Shown one piece after another: positions 26,601 through 37,600 of a DNA stretch of 64,000 nucleotides. Under the pieces are notes generated by a model that was given only the letters and a program-made list of their open reading frames with translations, did no database searches and was not told where the DNA came from. Every line of letters starts with the position of its first letter. The stretch's first letter is position 1. The stretch lies in the NCBI GenBank assembly GCA_037379345.1, contig CM074518.1, positions 11,532,001-11,596,000 of the forward strand, in the 5' to 3' direction. The DNA comes from Perna viridis. Lineage: Eukaryota. A program made the position numbers and the translations under genes.

Positions 26601-29600
26601 TGGATTCTCAAAGAAGGAATACAAGCCATGGTAATCTGACGATACAATCGAGACAACTGAGAAATGTAGGTCAGTTAAGGTATTACTTGACCAGGTCAAG
26701 ACAAGACTGCTGAAAGAATGTTTGACGAGCGTATAAGCATTAGGAAAGAAGTAAAGAGAAAACAACAGACAGGGTAAAAGAACATACATCAACGAGCTCG
26801 CTTCAAAAGGAAAAAGAATGCAATGGACAGAAATGACACAAAAACTGAGTACAACATCACTCGCAAACTGACAGGTAGAAAGACCAACACATCCAAACCA
26901 GTGAAAGACAAGATGACAATGTGATAACAAACCTAGATCGACCACTTTTAAATGGAGAAAATATATCAGAAGCTCCTGATCTACCTCCTGGAAAAGACCT
27001 TGATGTTGATACTGGCCATTCAGAAATTCAGCTACTCTCCAGATTCTGATGCGGTCGATCATGTATTGACCAAATTGCCACATTACAGGTCATCATCGAG
27101 GAGTAAATAGAATGGCAATCAGCCCTCTACATAAACTTCGTGGACTTCAAGACGGCCTTAGCATAGTTAACAGAAATGCACTTTGGAAGGTACTAAGACA
27201 CCATGGAATCCCTGTCAAATTGTAAAGATTATCCAAGGACTCTACAAACAGACCAAATGCCAAGTCATCCACAATTCAACACTCTCATCATCCTTTAATG
27301 AACATACAAGAAATACTCCAAGGCTGTCTCCTGTAACCCCTTATTTTCTATTTAAGTGTGCAAAAATTTAGTTAGATATAATATACAATCATGAATTTTC
27401 TTATAGATTGCTTCTTGCCTAATTGATATTTTTTGGTGCTAAAGGGCTATAGACTCTAGATTGGCCATGCACACTTGATTGTGACGTGGGCTACTTCCCT
27501 GCACAAGTCCCAGACTTTATCGTGCTCTGTATGGTTTAGAAAAAAAGAAGCATCTCATCATCAATTCCTGGCTACAGACAAAACCATGTCTTGTTTAGGC
27601 CAAGTAAATTTCACCCATCCTTCACTAAAAATGTGGGGTGGTTGGGAGGAGTTTATTGTTTTTATTTTTTACTCCTTACCAGATATTTGCTGGCCTGATT
27701 TTATCTTTTTGGTGTATGGACATGTTCTAAACCCATAGCCACATCAGAAAAGAATTTTGGTAACCAAGAATTGAAAGATTTGTATATTGTTGTGCCTAAA
27801 TACAAGAAATTGAAGTGAAAAAAATCCTAATTTTGAAATTCCCGTCCCATTTTAAAAAATAATGCCATTTTTTAGGAGCGGGAGCGTCCAACTACAAGGC
27901 TGAAGAAGAAGCACTCATCCATGCGGCAAATTACATCAAGGAAACCGCAGAAAATATGCAGGTAGTATTCCAGATGCCCTCTCCGTAATACAAGCACTGA
28001 CCAACAACAAACTACTACAACTTGAAAGAGCTATTTATTCCATCGAGAGCCTTAAAACTGCCATACAGTGGATACCTTCACATTGTGGAATCAATGAAAA
28101 TGAAAATGAAAAAGCAGATAAGCTAGCAAAGGAAGGCCTCAACAACAGCAAGATGAAAATCCTATCTGCTACACAGAGATGAAGACCATCATCAAGTCTT
28201 TGCACAATATACCTCAGAAGCAAGATAGCTACCATCAACTAAAAAGATTTGAGCAAACTACAATCTTCATGCTCAGGACAGGACACAACAGATTCAACCA
28301 ACATCTGTACAGAGTTTTGAATGTCATGCCATCACCTATGTGTCCCTGTGGAGAAGCAGAGCAGAATACAGAACACTTTCTGCAGACGTGCAAGTTACAC
28401 CAGGCACAGAGAGAGAAAATATGGGATAAACCAACCCCCATTACAGAGAAACTGTATGGGCCTGTGGAAATCCTACAGAAGACGCCAGATTTGTTGAGGA
28501 GACTGGCATTCAAGTGTTATGGCGAACGACAAGAAGAAGAAGGAGTGGGAGGGGATGTAAACCTATTAATTAATTTTATTTGGTCTTAACAAGAATACAA
28601 TATCTGATTATCTGAGTCTTTATTTTCATATGTCCTCCTTTGATATTTATATAATATTTTACATTTATTGTTTATTGTAAAATTGACTAGCAAAAGAAAA
28701 AAACGTGCCATATTCCTGAAAAATAAAATTATAATTCATTTGCTATTGAAAAAAATTTAAGAAGAGCAGAAAAGAATTATTTAGCAACATTGAAAATCCT
28801 TAGTATTTTTGTCATCTAATATCATGTTAACAAACATTTGAACTTCGTCCTGTGCTGGTTGCAAAAATCAAGAAGTAAAAGTAAACAATGTAACTCGTGT
28901 TAATTACTCTACAAAATGTTCTACTGTTTAAACCAGGTATACCTGAAGAATATATTGAGCCTTGGAGAACCTCAGTCAATATAATTACTTTCCAACGTGA
29001 AGGAGACAGTTTACAGAACTATAAATGGAAGCTCGTCCATGATAGCTCTATCATGGGGATGAGAACATACGAATTCACATCAGGTGTCGAAGTAACAACT
29101 ACTGACCCGGAAGGAGGACCCTTGAAGGTAAGTTTAGACCCATACATCAATTGCAGGTTTGAACTTGCAATTGATTCTAGTAACTAAATAGAGTAAAGCT
29201 GATTAACAAATATTACTTTAGAAGACATTGGTTATAATAACGGTTTAATTAGTCATATATCTTTGCATAACCTATTGAAAGTAATCAACTAGTCCTTCAG
29301 AAAAACATGTAACATCAATACAGACTTTCATTTTTTTAACTTTTTATTTCATATCAGAAAACTGATGCGAGAAAGCGGTCATTAGAATCATGAAGGAGAA
29401 ATGGTAGCATACTTGGTGATGTAACTTTCATGGAATATTGTTTTGTAGTACTGTATAACGTTTGAATCTGACACAGCAATGATAGAAACAGAGGCATCGG
29501 AAGGTTCAAAGTGGGTGGTCATGACTGTAAAACGTCAAGTCGTAGGCAACAAAATTGTCGAGGTTCGTAATAATTGCTAAGGTCAAAGGTTGACCCAAAT

Positions 29601-30145
29601 AATGTATTGCAACTCAGCCCAAGATTAACAGTAATGTGATTGCAAACAGTTCATGAGACATCTGTAGCTCTGCATCCAAGGGTGAAATCCGATTCTCCTA
29701 ACAAAATAGTAACTTCAATTTAAAGTAAAGCTTGGAACCCTTAGAAACAAGAAAATAGAAATGGAAGTGATAACAAAATCTAAAAGAAATACATCGACAG
29801 TCGATTCTAAAACATCCTCCAAATTACTTTGAATTATATATATCATCAGACAGGATAGATAACCATGACTTACAAATAAAAAAAGAGAATCTTCTTGGGA
29901 TGTTAAGAAGCTGAAATAAATGACATTTAATACAAGACAGAAACAAACAAAGTTTTTAAACTGTGTAAGATTAAAAATTATGTTGGACATAAAGTGATTA
30001 TGGTTCAATTGTAAGTTATAACTGGTATAGTCTTGTGTTTACTTTTATTGCAAGTATTTTCAATTTACATCTGCATTTTTTTTATTTTAAGAAAACAGAA
30101 AGCAATGGAGTGGTGATGACTAATCATTATGAGAGAATATCCTAA
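23627..30145 (+). CDS. Divergent FABP-family protein, copy B, 146 aa; exons 23627-23708, 28937-29127, 29449-29562, 30092-30145
   Basis: MAGTQFIGKWKSDMSKADNFLEFAKVSGIPEEYIEPWRTSVNIITFQREGDSLQNYKWKLVHDSSIMGMRTYEFTSGVEVTTTDPEGGPLKYCITFESDTAMIETEASEGSKWVVMTVKRQVVGNKIVEKTESNGVVMTNHYERIS; GT-AG introns, phases 1,0,0; AATAAA at 30202. Confidence 0.88.
25021..25171. repeat. Foldback palindrome (probable MITE remnant)
   Basis: TTGAAAAATAACATAAATTTTCCATTTGCATATT...AATATGCACATGGAAAATTTATGTTATTTTTCAA inverted arms around a short loop. Confidence 0.75.
25745..27350 (+). mobile_element. Decayed RTE-type non-LTR retrotransposon (AP endonuclease plus partial RT) in FABP B intron 1
   Basis: Frameshifted motifs EMEHYYLDILG, GWNPVSERFIVARF, TVIQCNAPTN..EEFYNQLQ, GADIASDHQLV, LYINFVDFK, LWKVLRHHGIP, QGCLL. 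Confidence 0.85.
27875..28543 (+). mobile_element. 3' end of an RNase H-containing LINE (I-group, Nimb/Ingi-like)
   Basis: SNYKAEEEALIHA, DALSVIQAL, IQWIPSHCGI..NEKADKLAKEG (RNase H); LRTGHNR, CPCGEAEQNTEHFLQTC (CCHC knuckle); ends in a (GAA)n tail. Confidence 0.85.
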
Positions 30146-30236
30146 CAGAATTTTACTCTTCATTTCCATGGAATTGTTATCTTCTGTTTTTGCTAAAGTT
30201 GAATAAAAGGATTTTATCTATTTTACATATTACCTT

Positions 30237-30969
30237 TAAACAATCCTAATTTCTGGGATTTGATACATCGCATCTACCTAAAAGAACTGGAGATAAAGGA
30301 TACTACAGACACTGTGAAGTCAGCCTCATATCTTGACCTACACTTAGAAATCGATGGTAAAGGAAAACTATTGACCAAACTTTACGACAAACATGATAAC
30401 TTTTCATTCAGAATTGCCAACTTTCCGTTCATCTGTGGCAACATCCCTTCGGCTCCTGTGTATGGAGTGTTCATATCACAACTCGTACATTATGACAGAG
30501 CTTGCCGGAACTACGCAGACTTTTTGTATCGCCCTAGAACTCTCACAAATAGGCTTCTGGAACAGGGTTATGTTGCTACAAGATTCAAGTCATCACTACA
30601 GAAGTTTTATGGTCATCATCATGAACTTGTGGATCGTTATGGTGTATCCATCAGCACCATGAAAACTGATTTATTCAACGGGTCCTAGTTTTCCTTTCCT
30701 TGTTTGTCTACCCCGGACTTGACTTTTTGTGAGCAACTCGGCGGGTGTTTCTAGAAAAGCAGAGGACGCTTACCCTACCGGTGCACCTGGTCCATGCTCC
30801 CAGTTTTTAGTGGAGTCCGAGATGCTCATTTACTTTTGTTACTTTGTATGTATGATTTTAGTTACTTTATGTTCTTTGTTGTGTATGTCTGTTTTCCATG
30901 TCCGGTCTTTGTCCCTGGATTACATTCTTTTGATTACCGCTATAACCTTGGTTTCCTTGATTACTCTTA
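30237..30969 (+). mobile_element. 5'-truncated Penelope-like retroelement: RT C-terminal region plus 3' tail
   Basis: ORF 30260-30688 with ASYLDLHL, KLYDKHDNFSFRIANFPFICGNIPSAPVYGVFISQL, LLEQGY; stop follows the RT thumb directly with no C-terminal GIY-YIG; inserted ~30 nt after the FABP B poly(A) signal. Confidence 0.85.
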
Positions 30970-31462
30970 CAAACCAAGTGACTAAAATACTTTTTTTAAA
31001 AAAACTTGATGTTGGTTTTTGATTTGATATTATAGAAGAATGTAATAGCAATAATGAAATGTTTCACATAATACAGCTTGATATGATAAAAAAAGTTGAA
31101 ATCTGAACAGTTCAGGACAAGGATGGACAAAACATTAAAACTTGATACAATGCTAATTTAATTGTAATCAAAGGTGATAGCATAAAATTAAGGCCAGAGT
31201 GAAAGTGGTGAAAGAATTTTATAATTTGTAGTTAGACACAAGAAATAAACAATTCCAAATTTCCCTGTCCTATAAAAAGCCAAAAAAGGAAGAAAAGTAC
31301 ATTCCAATAATGACTGACAAAAAAATCTGTTTATCATGTCATTCAAAAGGACCAGAATTCCACATGACAGAGCAAAGGAATATCTTCTACAAGTTTTAAG
31401 TATAATGTAAATCAGTATTGAAGTCTAAATGTCCATGGTTTCTTTAATTACCTTTGAGGGAC

Positions 31463-31943
31463 AAACTTTACCTTTCAACTTGCATCCAACATACATGTAA
31501 CTTGATTTACAAACAAGAGTCTCCCAGGACCCTGAATCCCTCACCTGGTTAAACTATACCTTTCAACTTGCATCTAACATACATGTAACTTGATTTACAA
31601 ACAAGAGTCTCCCAGGTGCCTGAATCTCTCATCTGGTTAAACTTTACCTTTCAACTAGCATCCAACATACATGTAACTTGATTTACAAACGAGAGTCTCC
31701 CAGGACCCTGAATCTTTCACCTGGTTAAACTATACCTTTCAGCTTGCATCTAACATACATGTAACTTGATTTACAAACAAGAGTCTCCCAGGTGCCTGAA
31801 TCTCTCATCTGGTTAAACTTTACCTTTCAACTTGCATCCAACATACATGTAACTTGATTTACAAACAAGAGTCTCCCAGGATCCTGAATCTCTCGCCTGG
31901 TTAAACTTGACCTTGTATCCAATATACATGTAATTGGATTTAC
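31463..31943. repeat. 88-bp tandem repeat, 5 full units plus a partial, with alternating variants
   Basis: Unit starts at 31463, 31551, 31639, 31727, 31815, 31903. Confidence 0.95.
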
Positions 31944-34645
31944 CAAAAAACCTTTTTTAGCTAAATGATTTCAGAACCTTATTATAAAACTTTCTTAGAC
32001 TTAAAACAACATTTTTGTGGTGAATCAGAAATTCAACACAACAAAATGTCAACTAGATCAGAATAAATTATTTACATACAGTATCATTTTTTCTCATCCA
32101 ACACCCTATCCACTATGGCGAATGACGACAAAAATAAAGACAAAATATTTTAATTCTATGAGCTATATACATGTACAAGCACTGACTTTTGTAATGTTCC
32201 ACCATAAAAAAACCTAATATTGTTACCCTTATTTATAACAAAGATAACTCCACATATTTATTTATCATAACTGTTTTTACAAAAAAACATTTTATAATTC
32301 ACTTAACTTACAAAATGTAGAAACCAGTAACACAAATTTCAAAAGAGAAATCCAAGGTGGATGGATGGCCATGTACATGAAGCCTGGCCTGAATGGAGTT
32401 TACAAATGTATCAAGAAATTCAAAATTTAGCATTGTAATACTAACACAAGTGAATATTAAGGGTCTTGGGGGGGGATTTAGCCCAACATTAGGGCCTTTT
32501 GTAATTCGTTGGATTTGCCAATGATTTTCTAATGCTGTATTAACATGAAATAAGTTACGTCTTCGTACAAAAAAGGAATTACACTGAGAACAACATTCAT
32601 ATCTACACTATATCATTTATATATATATATATATGTATGTCCAAGGACAATTCATCAGATCCAGGACATACAATGTACATATGGTCTATAAAGAGGGAAA
32701 CACATATCTTAAACATTAAAAATTGGTCATTAAAAACCTATTGTTAGTATCTTCCTATTTCTAACTCAATGTTAACATGTTGTTTTATTAACAATATAAA
32801 TTAAAATGGTAAAATACTTTTTAATATATTTCTGTATTATTTGAACAGGAAATTATAAATCTAAAGTTCATATCCCTATAATTGTGCTTCTTTTAACCAA
32901 TAAAGAAAAATATTTTTAGAATGTCACAATGAACTGATTAACTCTATAATGAATTGCTAAGAAAAATAATGCACAGAAAGCTGTTATATAAATCAGGTAA
33001 CTGTACTCAAATTGAAATAAACTGGTTAATAATTGCTATGAGTTAACAGAATTTTAGCAAACCACGAGAAAATTCCTACTCGGTAACAAACCGAAACTCT
33101 GATTATTGAAAAGAGATAAGCACATCCTTGTCAATTTATTTATATCTTCCTGAATACAAATAACAGCTGTTAGGACCAATGACTGTTATATAAGCAAGAT
33201 AAGTAAAAATAATAAGGAAAAAGACCTTCACATTCAGACCTAACAAATAACAACTACAGTCTTTAAAAAAAAGATAGCCGATGCAGTAAAATTTTCTTCT
33301 TTTTATTTTTAAGTTTCTACATTTCTTTCAAGAAAATAACAAGATACACAATTACCAATTTTCAATACAGGTTTTTCGAACGCTACTAAGTTATCAGTAT
33401 ATGGCCAATTGGGAAACAGAATTCCAATCAGATGACTTGTGTTTCCATAGAATAGTGTTCTTATGGTCAAAAGGTAAAAAGCAAAACTATACCGACTGCG
33501 TCGAAAAAAATAAAAAAAAAACCCAAAATTTCATAAAAATAGTGATAAAAGTAAAACTTCACATGTACATGTTACTTATTTACATAATTATCAAAGTTCA
33601 GTACAAAGAAGTAATGGCATCTATGTACAGCCTGTCAAAATCCTGAGTTAATTTACATGTCCACACAAAATGTCAGGATCAGGTCAATTCAAAGAATATA
33701 ACGTTTAATTTTTTTTCATAGGTGCCATCACTGCTACTAATTATAAATGAACTTTTTTAAGTCATTACAAGCAATTGGCTGCTTCATGAGATTACAAAAA
33801 TGAAATCACTTTTACTAATGACATAACATATAATGAATTTACAAAGAAAATGTTTTTCATGATTTTAATAACCATATATACTAGTATAAAACTGATACGA
33901 AGGTTAATGGAACTTAGTTCTGGGAAGATTCTATGAGGTCAACAAACAAAGTGGAAATTGGCAAATCGGAAGTGAATATACAATAAAAAGAATCGTAACA
34001 GTAAAATCCGGATTTGAAATAGCAGAAATCCGCTAAAAAATGGAAGAAAATCATCCCTGTTAGTTAAGGAAGTCATAGAATGTGTTTAACATTTTAACTA
34101 CATAGTTTAGAATGGATGGTTAATCATGATATCATAAAAAATGTCCTTTATTCCAACACTGTCTGAAACTGCTAGGAATTGCTGTCATATTGGAAAATGA
34201 AACAGTATTATTTGACAGACAATAATAACCCTTAATTATTTTGATCCATAGGACATAGGCCTATAATTACTCTACTTTCGACAATGAGATCTTGGTCATG
34301 GAGTTTGACAGAAACAATGTCATCATCTTTCCTCCATAGTCTAATATCAATAATTGGTGGTACATTTATTCAGTAATACAAGTATTTTACTAATGAATGA
34401 ACAGTACAAAAATGTATAGTTTAGTTACTATTATCATATTAAATTACATGATATGATGTTTACATTTTCTGTCAAAACGTCCATTCACACTTTCCAACTG
34501 AATTTATGGTTTCCTGATATAAAAAATTGTAACCTGGTGTCTTTCATTTAAGTATTTTTTCTTGTTTTTGAACACATCAGGAATATTAATAAACAGTATG
34601 AGACTCTTTCATTATATACATGTTTCCTGTCACACAATGAATGAG

Positions 34646-37600
34646 TTAGACTCTAAGAATTTCTAAGAAATTGTTGTAGCAGATAGCAATCCAGTCTGGT
34701 TGTGTTGAGGACCACTGAATCTGATTTATCTCCCCTGCTGCTGTGTAAGCCAAGATTGGATCTTCAATGGCTCGAGGCATTGACTGTATATCCCAAATAA
34801 GTGCTTGGTGGTCATCAGCTGAAAATTCATTAAGTATAAATGTGGGAAATCACGTACAAGGATATTAAACCTTATAGTAATAATAAATTGCAAGTATAGC
34901 TAGTGTCCAAAAATATATAGTTGAGTTGACCATGCTATATGTATGCTTTAATACAGAAAATAATGAATTTCATCTACTATACAGAGTTAGTAATTAAACT
35001 TACAAATATAGAAGCAACTATTAGTACTAAGACATTAGTTGTTTTTAAATCTATCAACCTGAATGTCGTATTAGAACTTTAGAATCTGTTCCAAACATTA
35101 ATATAACTTGTTCTCATTTCATCTTAAACCTTGGTTCAATACAGCTGATTAATAGCTGACATTCAATTTGTTTACAATTTCCTGGCAAGGTAACAAGTTG
35201 TTCATTATGAAGTACATAAAACCTTTTACAAGACATTAACAGATGGGATGGACAAACAAAAAAAGAACAGACTGAAATGGGGCAAAAATTATATTAAAGG
35301 TGAAATGACAAGTTACTTGTATATAACATACCAGCAGTACATATGTGACAACTTGAGTGAGGAGCCCAGGCAATACTGTTGACACAGGCTCTATGGTTGT
35401 TCAGTCTGGCTACAGGCGTACAGGGAACTCTAACATCTAATATTACAACCTGTTAAGAAATAAAGCATACAACTAAATTGTGAACTAGTGGCTCAAGTTG
35501 GTATACTACAAATTACTTGTCTTGAATATAAACATTAAATAAAGAAAGCATAGATTAACTCAATCATATAAATTGTGAAATTTACTAAGATACTGATGCA
35601 TGCTTCATATGAGGATACATGTGATTACTATTACAACCTGATATGATTTCTCTATCTCACAAATATCAAAAAAAAAAAAATCTTATTCTTATGTCATGTA
35701 AGAATACAAAAAAGCAAAGTTTTTTTTTCAGTAGGAACACTAACCACAAAACTGCTTTTCAAAGTGGGAAAAAAAATCAAACACAATAACATTTGAGAGA
35801 CAACTCGGAAAACTTAGACACTCTTTAGGTACAATTTAATTGTTCTTGTTGCTGAAATTGATATCTTGTTGATGGGGGTCTAAGATTTCTTCGTTTGCTC
35901 TTCCATCATTATAAGATTCTCAATATGTTATGTAAAAAAAAACACACACACACAAATAAATTGCTGTGAATAAGACCCTTTATCGTGGACTACATGTTTG
36001 GGAGAGTGTTTGTCCTCATAATGAAAATAAATTGCCATGAAATTGAATTATAGTATACTTCAATAACTGTAAATAAAGTTTTACCTCTAGTGCATCCATG
36101 GCCATAGTTGCGAGATAGTTAGGATCCTGTTTGTTCCATCCGAGTCTCAGAAGAGGATGATGTTGGGGATCTTCATAAATAATTGTAGAATGTTCTAAAT
36201 GACGCAGGTCAAACATACGCACAGACCCATCAGCACCTTCAAGTAAAAAAATTGGCATTTAGATTTCACATTACAGAATCATCCATTGACAAGAACTTAT
36301 TTGAAAAATCAGTGATTTAGTTTAAAATATAATGAAGCATTAAGCAATACCTTTTGAGTTACAGATTACACAAAGTGGGTACCCTGAAAGCATGACAGAC
36401 CAGTGGGTGGAGTAAAATGGCTAGAAAACCTGCTTTTACAATTGGCAATGCAGGTTAAATTGACATATTAACTAATTTTTGCCATAATGTTAACTACATA
36501 ACCAGTGATAAGTTTACACACCTATCTGCTTTTTAATGTGTCACTTTGAATTAAAAAAAAATTAATGTCTGCATCCATTATTGCATTTTGTCATTTAATC
36601 CAAAAATGTGATTTTAATTTTTACAATTTGAGGAAAAATTCAGCATCTGGTATAAATGCTAAATATCTCATAATAAGCGTTTTTATCATTGAAATTTAAA
36701 GTCAGTTACATTTTAAAATTTCTGAAATTGCACTGTCTGTCTGCTTCCACCTGCTCTATACTGTGATTTTATTTATTTTCCTGATTATCAATATTAATGT
36801 TAAGAGAGGAAAAAGACTTGAAAACAGTAACTGGTTTATGGGTAAATAAAATAAATAAAAATGCTTTGCAGGGTACAGCTTGATATGCCTGCAGAGGACC
36901 CCTCCATTTTGTGGAATGGCACTTTGGTATACAAATTTCAGAGATCCAGTTTTTGTCTGTGCATAATAAAAATGCTTCCCTTTTGTGGTTTGGAACCTAG
37001 TTATAAAAATAAGATTAACCAACTAATAGTTATCTCACAAAAACCAAGTGTCTACAGACGAAGATGACAACAAGGATGACAGCGCCATACTATAATATGT
37101 CACAAATTTGTGGTTATATAATAAAAAAAAAATTATAAGGGTATCTGCATTTCAGGCAATTCATGAAGTTGAAGGTGTTGTTGTGTTATGTATACCCTCA
37201 CTGGTACTGAAGTTGATAATGGATAGCAACCAAAATTGCTTACAACATATGCCTAATCTATATGAAGCCACACACTAAATTTGAAATTAATCCATCCATT
37301 GGGAACCAAAATTTCTAGGAAGAAAATTCTGACAGAATTAGGAACAGATAGAATGACAAACAAGGTGTTCCTTGGTGCTAGGTAATTTTAATCATGAATT
37401 GAATTTACATATGTGATACATCTGTCAGGGAATAAAGAATCCTATTATCATTTACCTATAACACGTAAAAGTTCTAGTAAATAAGAAATAAGAATTAATT
37501 GAATGAAAAATTCAGTCATCATTTCTACTTCTATGATAAACAGAGAGCAGTGAAACCCTGAGTTTTCCTTACACCACATGTATGACAATTGTTATCAAAG

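Noticed and set aside
26103-27083. Long - strand ORFs (115 and 205 aa)
   Set aside because: Antisense shadows of the decayed + strand RTE element.
31463-31943. CRISPR-like array (also considered for the 37-, 42-, 62- and 80-nt arrays)
   Set aside because: Units are contiguous with no unique spacers, there are no cas genes, and the context is eukaryotic.
31150-34645. Defined long DCAF7 3' UTR ending at an ATTAAA near 31160
   Set aside because: Several candidate poly(A) signals exist in AT-rich DNA (for example 34365-34370); cannot choose without transcript data.
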